Positions 23,313 through 30,463 of a stretch of 38,260 bases of DNA are shown here, piece by piece. This stretch comes from Acidimicrobiia bacterium (GTDB lineage: Bacteria; Actinomycetota; Acidimicrobiia; IMCC26256; PALSA-610): assembly GCA_036271555.1 (NCBI GenBank), contig DATBAK010000054.1, positions 1 through 38,260 on the forward strand. Reading direction: 5' to 3'. Each line of letters opens with the position of its first letter. The stretch's first letter is position 1. Under the pieces are notes generated by a model. That model was not told where the DNA came from and did no database searches. It was given only the letters and a program-made list of their open reading frames with translations. The translations under genes and the position numbers were made by a program.

Positions 23313-24746
23313 GTGAGCGGCGCGCTCCCCGACGGATTGGTCGCAGTGGTCAAACGCGACTGCCCTACCTGCACGCTCGTCGCTCCTGTTCTGCGCGACC
23401 TCGCGGCGCGCGGCGCACTGCGCGTCTACACGCAGGACGACCCGTCGTTCCCGCCCGGCATCGACGCGTGTGACGACACCGAGCTCGAGGTGTCGTTCGC
23501 GCTCGCGATCGACACCGTGCCGACGCTGCTGCGCGTCGAGCGGGGTGCGGTCACGAATCGCACCGAGGGCTGGTCGCGCGCGCGGTGGGAGGCACTCACC
23601 GGCTTCGCGGGCCTCGGCCCCGACCTCCCCGACCTCCGACCCGGTTGCGGCTCGCGCACGCACGACCCCGACGTCGCCGACGCGCATGCGATCGCGACGA
23701 TGGCGCCCCGGCTGCAGGCGCGTCCGGTCGAGCTCGGCGCCGCCGAGGACGACCAGGAAGCGATGTTCGCCCGGGGCTGGACCGACGGCCTTCCGGTCGT
23801 CCCGCCGACGGTCGCCCGCGTCGCGCGCATGCTCGCGGGCACGACGCGCGCGCCGGACGACATCGTCACGGTCGTGCCGCCCGACCTCGTCGAGTGCACG
23901 GTCGAGAAGGTCGCGATCAACGCGGTGCTCGCGGGCTGCCGACCCGAGTACCTGCCGGTGGTGCTGGCCGCGGTCGAGGCTGCGTGCACCGATCAGTTCA
24001 ACGCGCACGGGCTGCTCGCGACGACGTGGTTCTCGGGCCCGCTCGTGATCGTCAACGGTCCGATCGCGCGCGCGATCGGGATGAACTCCGGCGGCAACGC
24101 GCTCGGTCAGGGCAACCGCGCGAACGCGACGATCGGACGCGCGCTGCAACTCGTCGTCCGCAACGTCGGCGGTGGCCGTCCCGGCGAAGTCGACCGCGCG
24201 ACGCTCGGCAACCCCGGCAAGTACACGTTCTGCTTCGCCGAGGACGAGGCGGGTTCGCCGTGGGAGTCGCTCGCGGTCGAGCGCGGTATCGCGCGCGGAC
24301 GCTCGGCCGTCACGCTGTTCGCTGCGGAAGGCGTGCGCGGCGTCGTCGACCAGCTGTCGCGTGAGCCCGAGTCGCTCGCGCGCAGCTTCGCGGCCTGCCT
24401 GCGCACCGTCGCGCACCCGAAGCTCGCGATGGTGTGGGACGCGGTGCTCGTCGTCTCACCCGAGCACGCACGCGTCTTTCGCGAGGCAGGCTGGTCGAAG
24501 GCGCGTCTGCGGGAGGCCCTGAGCGCCGAGCTCCTGCTCGCGGGCGACGACATCGTCGCGGGCGCGCACGGCATCGCCGAGGGACTGCCGGCCGGCTTCG
24601 CGGGAACGTCGATCCCGAAGTTCCGCGATGGCGGGCTGCTCATCGTCCACGCCGGTGGCACCGCGGGCATGTTCTCGGCCATCATCGGCGGGTGGGCGAG
24701 CGGCGCGGTCGGGAGTGAGCCAGTGACCCGGGAGGTCGGTACGTGA
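23313..24746 (+). CDS. Thioredoxin-like (CPTC) N-domain fused to a large uncharacterized domain; candidate partner of UGSC protein
   Basis: 477 aa; N-terminal VAVVKRDCPTCTLVAPVL...IDTVPTLLRV thioredoxin-fold CxxC; remainder has normal composition but no motif I can name; GGGAGG RBS for downstream gene inside its 3' end; stop overlaps downstream GTG (GTGA). Confidence 0.55.
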   Translation: MSGALPDGLVAVVKRDCPTCTLVAPVLRDLAARGALRVYTQDDPSFPPGIDACDDTELEVSFALAIDTVPTLLRVERGAVTNRTEGWSRARWEALTGFAGLGPDLPDLRPGCGSRTHDPDVADAHAIATMAPRLQARPVELGAAEDDQEAMFARGWTDGLPVVPPTVARVARMLAGTTRAPDDIVTVVPPDLVECTVEKVAINAVLAGCRPEYLPVVLAAVEAACTDQFNAHGLLATTWFSGPLVIVNGPIARAIGMNSGGNALGQGNRANATIGRALQLVVRNVGGGRPGEVDRATLGNPGKYTFCFAEDEAGSPWESLAVERGIARGRSAVTLFAAEGVRGVVDQLSREPESLARSFAACLRTVAHPKLAMVWDAVLVVSPEHARVFREAGWSKARLREALSAELLLAGDDIVAGAHGIAEGLPAGFAGTSIPKFRDGGLLIVHAGGTAGMFSAIIGGWASGAVGSEPVTREVGT

Positions 24747-25279
24747 CCACGACGACCGTCGCGTCCGACGCCCGCGTGCTGCTCGATCCCACGTCGGAAC
24801 GGGCCCCGGCGGCGCGCGAGCGCGCGGCGCGGCCCGCGTCGATCGAGGGCGCGACCGTCGGCCTGCTCGACATCAGCAAGCCGCGCGGCAAGGTGTTCCT
24901 CGATCGCGTCGAGGAGCTGCTCGTCGCGCGCGGTCTGAAGGTCGAGCGCTACAGCAAGCCGACGTTCACGAAGCCTGCGCCCGCGGATCTACGGCACGAG
25001 ATCGCGACGAAGTGCGACCTCGTGATCGAAGCACTCGCCGACTGAGGATCGTGCACGTCGTGCAGTGTGCACGACACCGTGAACCTCGAGGCCGCCGGTG
25101 TGCCGATGGTGTTCGTCGCGTCGACCGAGTTCGTCGCGGCCGCCGACGCGCAGTCGCGCGCGCTCGGCGCCGACCCCGCGCGTGTCTTCGTCGCGCATCC
25201 GATCCAGGATCGAACCGACGACGAGCTGCGCGCGCTGGCCGACGCCGCGATCGACGACCTCGTCGCCGCGCTGCGCTGA
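24743..25279 (+). CDS. UGSC-motif selenoprotein candidate (178 aa with Sec at codon 101; in-frame TGA 25043-25045)
   Basis: ORF 24743..25045 ends ...VIEALAD-TGA and continues in the same frame as GSCTSCSVHDTVNLEAAG...DDLVAALR to TGA 25277; the 25067..25279 track ORF is this same frame; U-G-S-C followed by TSC; stable hairpin 11 nt after the TGA. Confidence 0.65.
25057..25075 (+). promoter_or_regulatory. SECIS-like stem-loop downstream of in-frame TGA
   Basis: GTCGTGCA-GTG-TGCACGAC, perfect 8-bp stem/3-nt loop starting 11 nt after TGA; local GTGCAC repeats allow alternative extended folds; resembles apical UGCA..UGCA stem of E. coli fdhF SECIS. Confidence 0.45.
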
Positions 25280-25299
25280 TCCGGGTGCCGGGGTAACGC

Positions 25300-26277
25300 T
25301 CACTTCGACGCGTCGGCGATCGAGAACGCGCCGACGTTCGTGAAGCTCAGGCTCGTCACTCCCGACGCGCAGTCGCCGGTGGTCGGCGTCGCGTGCAGAA
25401 CCACCTCGAGAGTCGCGCCGGCGTCGGCGCCACTCGTGATCACGCCATGGAGACTGAGCTCGTAGGGATCGTCGCGGTTGTTCGTCGACGCGAGGTGCGC
25501 GCGCTTCAAGATCGACACGAAGTGGTTCGACCAGTCGATCTCGAGCATCCCGAAGAACCGCTGTTGCTTGCCGGGTGGGCACGTCACCGACGACGCATCG
25601 AGCGCGCCGATCACCGTGGCGGCGGGCGCGGTGTCGGCGGCCTGACAACCCGACACCTGGAACGATTCGAAGTGCAGGTGCTGGGCCGCGGCGCCGGCAA
25701 CGAGCCCGGGGCTGACCGTCGCGGACGCGGCGACGTCGTCGCAGCTCGCGTACGGGCCGCCGATCGTCATCGCGTTCGTGTTGTGCATCGTGATCGCGCC
25801 GACTCCGGCGCTGCAGTCACCGGTCTTGGGCACGAGGTCGAGGCGCACGCGCAGTGTCGCCCCCGTCTGGCTGCCACCGGTGACGCGACCGTCGAGCCGC
25901 ACTTCGAACCGGTCGTCGGGATTGCCGGTCGACGCGACGCGGGCGGCCCGGAGGTACGAGGTCGCGCCGTTGTTCCAGTCGATCTGCAAGGAGCCGCGCA
26001 GCCGGTCGGTCGGCGCGAGCGGACACGAAGCGGACGGGCTCGTCAGCGTTCCCGTTGCGGTCGCGGCCGCGCCGCCGACGTGGTCGCACTTCGAGACGCG
26101 GAACGTGTGCAGGTGGAGCTCGACGGGGCCGGCCGTCGCCTGCCACTTCGGCGTGAGCTGCGCCGCGCCGACGACCGACTTGCAGCGGGTCGGCGGGTTC
26201 GCAACCGATCCCGCGGGCGCGGCCGCGAGCGCCAACGCCGCGGTCGCCAGCATCGCCACGAGCCCGGTCCTCGCCAC
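25300..26277 (-). CDS. Secreted protein with internal tandem duplication of a ~140-aa 4-Cys domain (unknown function)
   Basis: Signal peptide LVAMLATAALALAAAPAGSVA; two repeats each with VELHLHTF/QHLHFESF, LQIDWNNGATSYL/LEIDWSNHFVSIL, GATLRV/GATLEV and 4 Cys; start GTG 26277 preferred (ATG 26331 lies inside a repeat copy). Confidence 0.55.
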   Translation of the reverse strand: MARTGLVAMLATAALALAAAPAGSVANPPTRCKSVVGAAQLTPKWQATAGPVELHLHTFRVSKCDHVGGAAATATGTLTSPSASCPLAPTDRLRGSLQIDWNNGATSYLRAARVASTGNPDDRFEVRLDGRVTGGSQTGATLRVRLDLVPKTGDCSAGVGAITMHNTNAMTIGGPYASCDDVAASATVSPGLVAGAAAQHLHFESFQVSGCQAADTAPAATVIGALDASSVTCPPGKQQRFFGMLEIDWSNHFVSILKRAHLASTNNRDDPYELSLHGVITSGADAGATLEVVLHATPTTGDCASGVTSLSFTNVGAFSIADASK

Positions 26278-26292
26278 CCGCCCGGTGTTCGA

Positions 26293-26395
26293 TGGTCGGG
26301 CTCGCACGCTTCGCCCTCCTCGTCGCCTCAACCGTCGCGTCCTACGCGAGCGAGCGTAGGGACCACCACGCTAAGTGGCGTCGGAGCGTGAGGCC
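26293..26395 (+). repeat. Dispersed intergenic repeat, type II copy with internal hairpin CCTACGC-GAGCGA-GCGTAGG
   Basis: tggtcgggctcgcacgcttcgccctcctcgtcgcctcaa...; hairpin at 26341-26360. Confidence 0.65.
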
Positions 26396-26402
26396 AAACC
26401 GG

Positions 26403-27233
26403 TCAGGCGGCGGCGACGACTCCGGCGGCGGTGAGACGAGCCGCGCCCGGAAACGGCCAGAGCGGCCCGACGAGCAGCAGCGACTCGCGGGTCGCGCGCG
26501 CGACGAACGGTTCGAGCCACGCGTTCGCGGCCGCAACGTCGACGTGGCCGCCCGAGTGCGGCACGGTCGCGAGCTGGAGCGGGTTCAGCGCGAGGTGTCC
26601 GAGGAGCACCGCGTGCGCGCCGCCGGACTCGACATGGACGACCGCGTGTCCGGGCGAGTGTCCACCGGTGCGCTCGAAGCGAACGGCGTCTGTGAACGAG
26701 TGTTCGTCGTCGACACCGTCGACGACACCGTGAGCGATGAGCGCGCGCAACGCGTCGAGGCCGCCGACCGCGTCCTGTTCCTCCAACCACGCGAGCTCCG
26801 CGCGGGTCAGCACGACGCGCGCGTTCGGGAACAGCGGTCCCCACGCACCGTCGGGCTCGACCGCGGCGGCCATGCCGATCCCGTCGAGATGGGTGAGCAC
26901 GACGGCATCGACGCGCTCGGGCGCGAAGCCCGCGGCGCGCATCGCGGCGAGGAACGCGTCCTGGTGCGCGATCGCCTCGGGCCCGGTGCGGAGGAACGGA
27001 TCGGCCGCGCCGCAGGGATCGACGAGCAGCACGCGTCCCTCCGACTCGATGACCCACCCGACCTGGCCGACGAGCGCCCGACCGGCTTCGTCCACCCACG
27101 CCGGCCGGGCCCATGCGTGCGCATCGATCTGCGCGGGCGTCACGCTCACGACCGCGGGATCGAGCGCGATGTCGAAGTACGGGACGCGCGTGAGGTTTGC
27201 CGAGCCGATCTCGAACCGTGCGACGTCGTTCAC
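26403..27233 (-). CDS. MBL-fold metallo-hydrolase (non-canonical motif 2)
   Basis: 276 aa; VLLVDPCG, VVLTHLDGIG (HxHxDH position reads THLDGI), GGHSPGH, later His residues. Confidence 0.6.
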   Translation of the reverse strand: MNDVARFEIGSANLTRVPYFDIALDPAVVSVTPAQIDAHAWARPAWVDEAGRALVGQVGWVIESEGRVLLVDPCGAADPFLRTGPEAIAHQDAFLAAMRAAGFAPERVDAVVLTHLDGIGMAAAVEPDGAWGPLFPNARVVLTRAELAWLEEQDAVGGLDALRALIAHGVVDGVDDEHSFTDAVRFERTGGHSPGHAVVHVESGGAHAVLLGHLALNPLQLATVPHSGGHVDVAAANAWLEPFVARATRESLLLVGPLWPFPGAARLTAAGVVAAA

Positions 27234-27254
27234 GGCCGACCAGTGTGCCCGCGA

Positions 27255-27851
27255 TCAGGAGGCGGGGTCGGCGAGATATCCGCGCCCGACCGCGTCGGCG
27301 ACGAGATCGCGCGCGGTCGCCCACAACGCCGCCGATCCGGACGCGATCGACTCGTTGACCGCGAGCACTTGGTCCGCGGTGACGTCGTGCTCACGCCAGG
27401 TCGCGCCACCCGAAGCATGGTTCAGCATGAGCGGCTGCAACCGGTCGAGTGCGCGGGCGAAGCGAGCGTCGGCACTCTCGCCCACCTCGTACTCCAACCA
27501 GAGGTCTTGCAGCTCGCGTCCCTGCTCGCCCGGCAGCAGCCCGAACAGCCGCTGCGCGGCACGCGCCTCGGCTTCCTGCTTCGCGGCGCGCCCTTCGACG
27601 TCGTAGAGGAACGTGTCGCCGGCGTCGATCTCGACGAGGTCGTGCAGCACGAGCATCGCGAGCACGCGCAGCCGATCGACGGGCTCGTCGGCGTGCTCCA
27701 TGAGCACGAGCGCCATCAGCGCGAGATGCCACGAGTGCTCGGCGGAGTTCTCACGCCGCGACCCGTCGACGAGGTAGCTACGGCGCTCGACGTGCTTCAG
27801 CCGATCGGCTTCGAGCACGAAGCGCAGTTGCGAGATGAGGCGATCGTCCAT
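27255..27851 (-). CDS. HD-domain phosphohydrolase (YfbR-like 5'-deoxynucleotidase family)
   Basis: ATG 27851; RRENSAEHSWHLALMALVL...LHDLVEIDAGDTF HD motif; upstream part of 508-aa track ORF is junk. Confidence 0.75.
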   Translation of the reverse strand: MDDRLISQLRFVLEADRLKHVERRSYLVDGSRRENSAEHSWHLALMALVLMEHADEPVDRLRVLAMLVLHDLVEIDAGDTFLYDVEGRAAKQEAEARAAQRLFGLLPGEQGRELQDLWLEYEVGESADARFARALDRLQPLMLNHASGGATWREHDVTADQVLAVNESIASGSAALWATARDLVADAVGRGYLADPAS

Positions 27852-27923
27852 GGTCCGATTCTGTCCCGTCGGTCCGTGGGCGCGGAGGTGCGCGCCGCCG
27901 GGACGCGCGGTCAGACTGTCGCC

Positions 27924-28628
27924 ATGCTGCTGCTGCACGAGCTCCACACCGTCATCGGTCCGAAGGAAGACGAGTTCGAGGCCGCCTATCGCGACGGCTG
28001 GCTCCCCAAGCTCGCCGAGTCCGACGACGCCCGCCTCCTCTGGTTCCTGTTCCTCGCGCACGGAACCGGACGCGCGTACCAGATCACGACGATCACCGGA
28101 TTGCGCGACGGCGCCGCGTACGAACGACTCGCGCAGCGCGTGCAGACCGGCGACCTGCGTTCGTGGGCGGCCGACCTCGACCAGTGCCGGCACGAGGTGA
28201 AGGGCAAGCTCCTGATGTTCGCGGAGTGGTCGCCGATCCAGGAGTTCGACCTCACGACCGTGCCGACCGACGGGCGCGAGCACGACCAGACGCTCTACAT
28301 GGAAGACAGCGCGTGGCCGTACGAGGGCATGCTCGACGACTACCTCGAAGCCGCGCACTCGCACTACGCGCCGAGCCTCGAGCACCGCACCGAGCGGTCG
28401 CTCATCCAACTCGACGCGGTGTTCCAAGCCGCGCTCGGCGCGCCCCGTCGCCGTGAGGTGATCCTCTGGCAGAAGGTGCTGTGGCCCGAGCGGCTCCCGA
28501 TGCTCTTCACCAAGGATCTCCCGAAGGACATGAAGGCGAAGGGCACGTGGATGAACGACGCGCTCAAGGTGCGCGACGACTGGGAGAGCCGCCTCCTGCG
28601 GACCGCTACCTGGTCCCCGCTCGATTAG
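27924..28628 (+). CDS. Tandem NIPSNAP-like (dimeric alpha+beta barrel) domain protein
   Basis: ATG 27924; 234 aa of normal composition at the tail of a 778-aa track ORF; two halves each resembling NIPSNAP (LHELHTVIGPKEDEFEAAYRDGWLP...EWSPIQE and ...EGMLDDYLEAAHSHYAPSL...ATWSPLD). Confidence 0.55.
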   Translation: MLLLHELHTVIGPKEDEFEAAYRDGWLPKLAESDDARLLWFLFLAHGTGRAYQITTITGLRDGAAYERLAQRVQTGDLRSWAADLDQCRHEVKGKLLMFAEWSPIQEFDLTTVPTDGREHDQTLYMEDSAWPYEGMLDDYLEAAHSHYAPSLEHRTERSLIQLDAVFQAALGAPRRREVILWQKVLWPERLPMLFTKDLPKDMKAKGTWMNDALKVRDDWESRLLRTATWSPLD

Positions 28629-29500
28629 CCGGCGGATGAACCGGTGAGTGCGGGCGCGAGCTCGCGCCACACGGCCGACGGCAGGTCGTAATCGGCCTGC
28701 AACACCTGGATGCACACGTGGTTCGCGCCCGCGGCGCGCTGCGCGTCGACGCGCGTCTTGATCGCGTCGACGTCGCCCCACGCGACGATCGCGTCGACGA
28801 GCCGGTCGCTACCGGGCGCCGCGACGTCGTCCTCGGTGAAGCCGAGTCGCAACAGGTTGTTCGTGTAGTTCGGGAGGCCGAGGTAGATCGCGAGGTGCTG
28901 GCGCGCGATCGCGCGCGCCACGGCCGCGTCGGTCTCGAGCACGACCGCCTGCTCGGTGGCGACGAGCGCATGGGGACCGACCGCCTCGCGCGCGACCGCG
29001 CTGTGCTCGGGCGGCACGAGGTACGGGTGCACCCCGGTCGTGCGATCGCGCGCGAGCTTCAACATGCGCGGGCCGAGCGCCGCGAGCGCACGCGATTCCT
29101 TCGGCAACGACGGCGACGCGGCGTCGAGCCCGTCGAGGTACTCGACCATCACGGAGTACGGCTTCGTCCACTTCCCAGGCTCGGACTGATCGATGAGCGC
29201 GGCGTGGCTCACGCCGAGGCCGAAGAGCGCGCGCGCCTGCCACTCGGCCGACCATGATCCGCGCCGCGTCGCAATCTCGTCGGGCGTGTGCATCCACACG
29301 TTGAGGATGCCGGTCGCGACCGCGGCACGAGGCGCCGCGCCGAGCAGGTGCTCCATCGCTGCGAGCACGTCGCCACCGACGTCGGGGATCCAGAGCGCCG
29401 AGTACCCGAGCGCGTCGAGCTCCGCGGCCGCGTCCGCAATCGCGCCCTCGTCGCCGTAGCGAAGCTGGCCCGCCCACACGCCGGTTCCCGAGAGGTTCAC
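28625..29500 (-). CDS. LLM-class (luciferase-like) F420-dependent oxidoreductase
   Basis: 291 aa; TGVWAGQL...LGYSALWIPDVGGD N-terminus and overall LLM/F420 pattern. Confidence 0.65.
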   Translation of the reverse strand: MNLSGTGVWAGQLRYGDEGAIADAAAELDALGYSALWIPDVGGDVLAAMEHLLGAAPRAAVATGILNVWMHTPDEIATRRGSWSAEWQARALFGLGVSHAALIDQSEPGKWTKPYSVMVEYLDGLDAASPSLPKESRALAALGPRMLKLARDRTTGVHPYLVPPEHSAVAREAVGPHALVATEQAVVLETDAAVARAIARQHLAIYLGLPNYTNNLLRLGFTEDDVAAPGSDRLVDAIVAWGDVDAIKTRVDAQRAAGANHVCIQVLQADYDLPSAVWRELAPALTGSSAG

Positions 29501-29571
29501 CCGTCGACGTTACCCAGGCTGCCCTCGTACGCGCAGCCGCAGCTGGGGCGCCCATGCGAGCGACTCGCGAT

Positions 29572-30366
29572 CTACGGCTCGGGCTGGCACGTCGGGCACC
29601 AGTAGGTGACGCGCTCGTCGTCGCGACCACCACGACGGACGATGCGGGTGCGGCAGCGCGGGCAGAGCCGACCGGCCTTGCCGTAGACCGCGAGCCCGCC
29701 TTGGTACGTGACGCGTCGCTTCGTGCCGAGGTTCGCGCGCAGTTGGCGGTGCGCGGTCGCGTACATGCGCCGGCGGGTCGCGTCGGCGAGCGCGCCGATC
29801 GGCGTGAACGGCCATACCTTCTCGGCCCAGCAGACCTCCGACTTGTACACGTTGCCGATGCCCGCCGCGACCCGCTGGTCGAGCAGCACGAGCGCGAGCT
29901 CGGTCGCGGGATCGAGGCGCGCGACGCGCGCGAGCACGGCGTCGAGATCGGGCGCGTCGAGACAGAGGTCGGGACCGAGCGCGGCGATTGCGTTCGCCGC
30001 GTGGGTGACGTCGCGCGCGTTCTCCGTCCGCAGCTCGACGAGCGGTGCCGCGAAGCACACCGCGGTCGTGCCGCCCTCGACCTCGAGCACGACGCGCGCG
30101 GTGTGCGCGGGCCGCCGCCAGCGCTCACCCGGCGCGTACACCTGCCACGCGCCGGTCAGCTGCATGTGCGTGTGCAGCACGTGACCGTCGTCGAAGTGGA
30201 TCAGCAGGTGCTTGCCCTGCGCGACGACCTCGGTCACGGTCGCTCCGGGTTCGACGCCCCGCCGACCGCGCGGGTCGCGCCGGACCTCGACCTTCACGAC
30301 GCGCTTCCCCGCGAGTGCGCCGCGCAACTGCGCCGCGGCGCGATGGATCGTGTCGCCCTCAGGCAT
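29572..30366 (-). CDS. nei: Fpg/Nei-family DNA glycosylase (endonuclease VIII-like)
   Basis: MPEGDTI N-terminus (Pro2 and Glu3 catalytic residues), H2TH region, C-terminal CPRC...CPTC zinc finger. Confidence 0.8.
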   Translation of the reverse strand: MPEGDTIHRAAAQLRGALAGKRVVKVEVRRDPRGRRGVEPGATVTEVVAQGKHLLIHFDDGHVLHTHMQLTGAWQVYAPGERWRRPAHTARVVLEVEGGTTAVCFAAPLVELRTENARDVTHAANAIAALGPDLCLDAPDLDAVLARVARLDPATELALVLLDQRVAAGIGNVYKSEVCWAEKVWPFTPIGALADATRRRMYATAHRQLRANLGTKRRVTYQGGLAVYGKAGRLCPRCRTRIVRRGGRDDERVTYWCPTCQPEP

Positions 30367-30377
30367 TCAGCGCCACA

Positions 30378-30463
30378 GCGCGCGAGCGAAGCGAGCGGCG
30401 TCCCCTCGGCTGCTCCCATCCCGCGTCATGGAGGACGAGCTTGCAAGCCCGACCATCAGTTGA
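30378..30463 (-). repeat. Dispersed intergenic repeat, type II copy (reverse orientation)
   Basis: Reverse complement: gatggtcgggcttgcaagctcgtcctccatgacgcgggatgggagcagccgaggggacgccgctcgcttcgctcgcgcg; between nei start and FadD stop. Confidence 0.6.

Noticed and set aside
25281-25293. Small CCGG-GTG-CCGG hairpin between the convergent UGSC gene and the secreted-protein gene
   Set aside because: Only 4-bp stem in a 20-nt gap; too weak to call a terminator.
26292-27923. N-terminal 544 codons of the 778-aa + ORF
   Set aside because: Starts inside a repeat copy, is R/G/A-rich and antisense to the MBL and HD genes; only the final 234 codons (27924..28628) look like a real protein.
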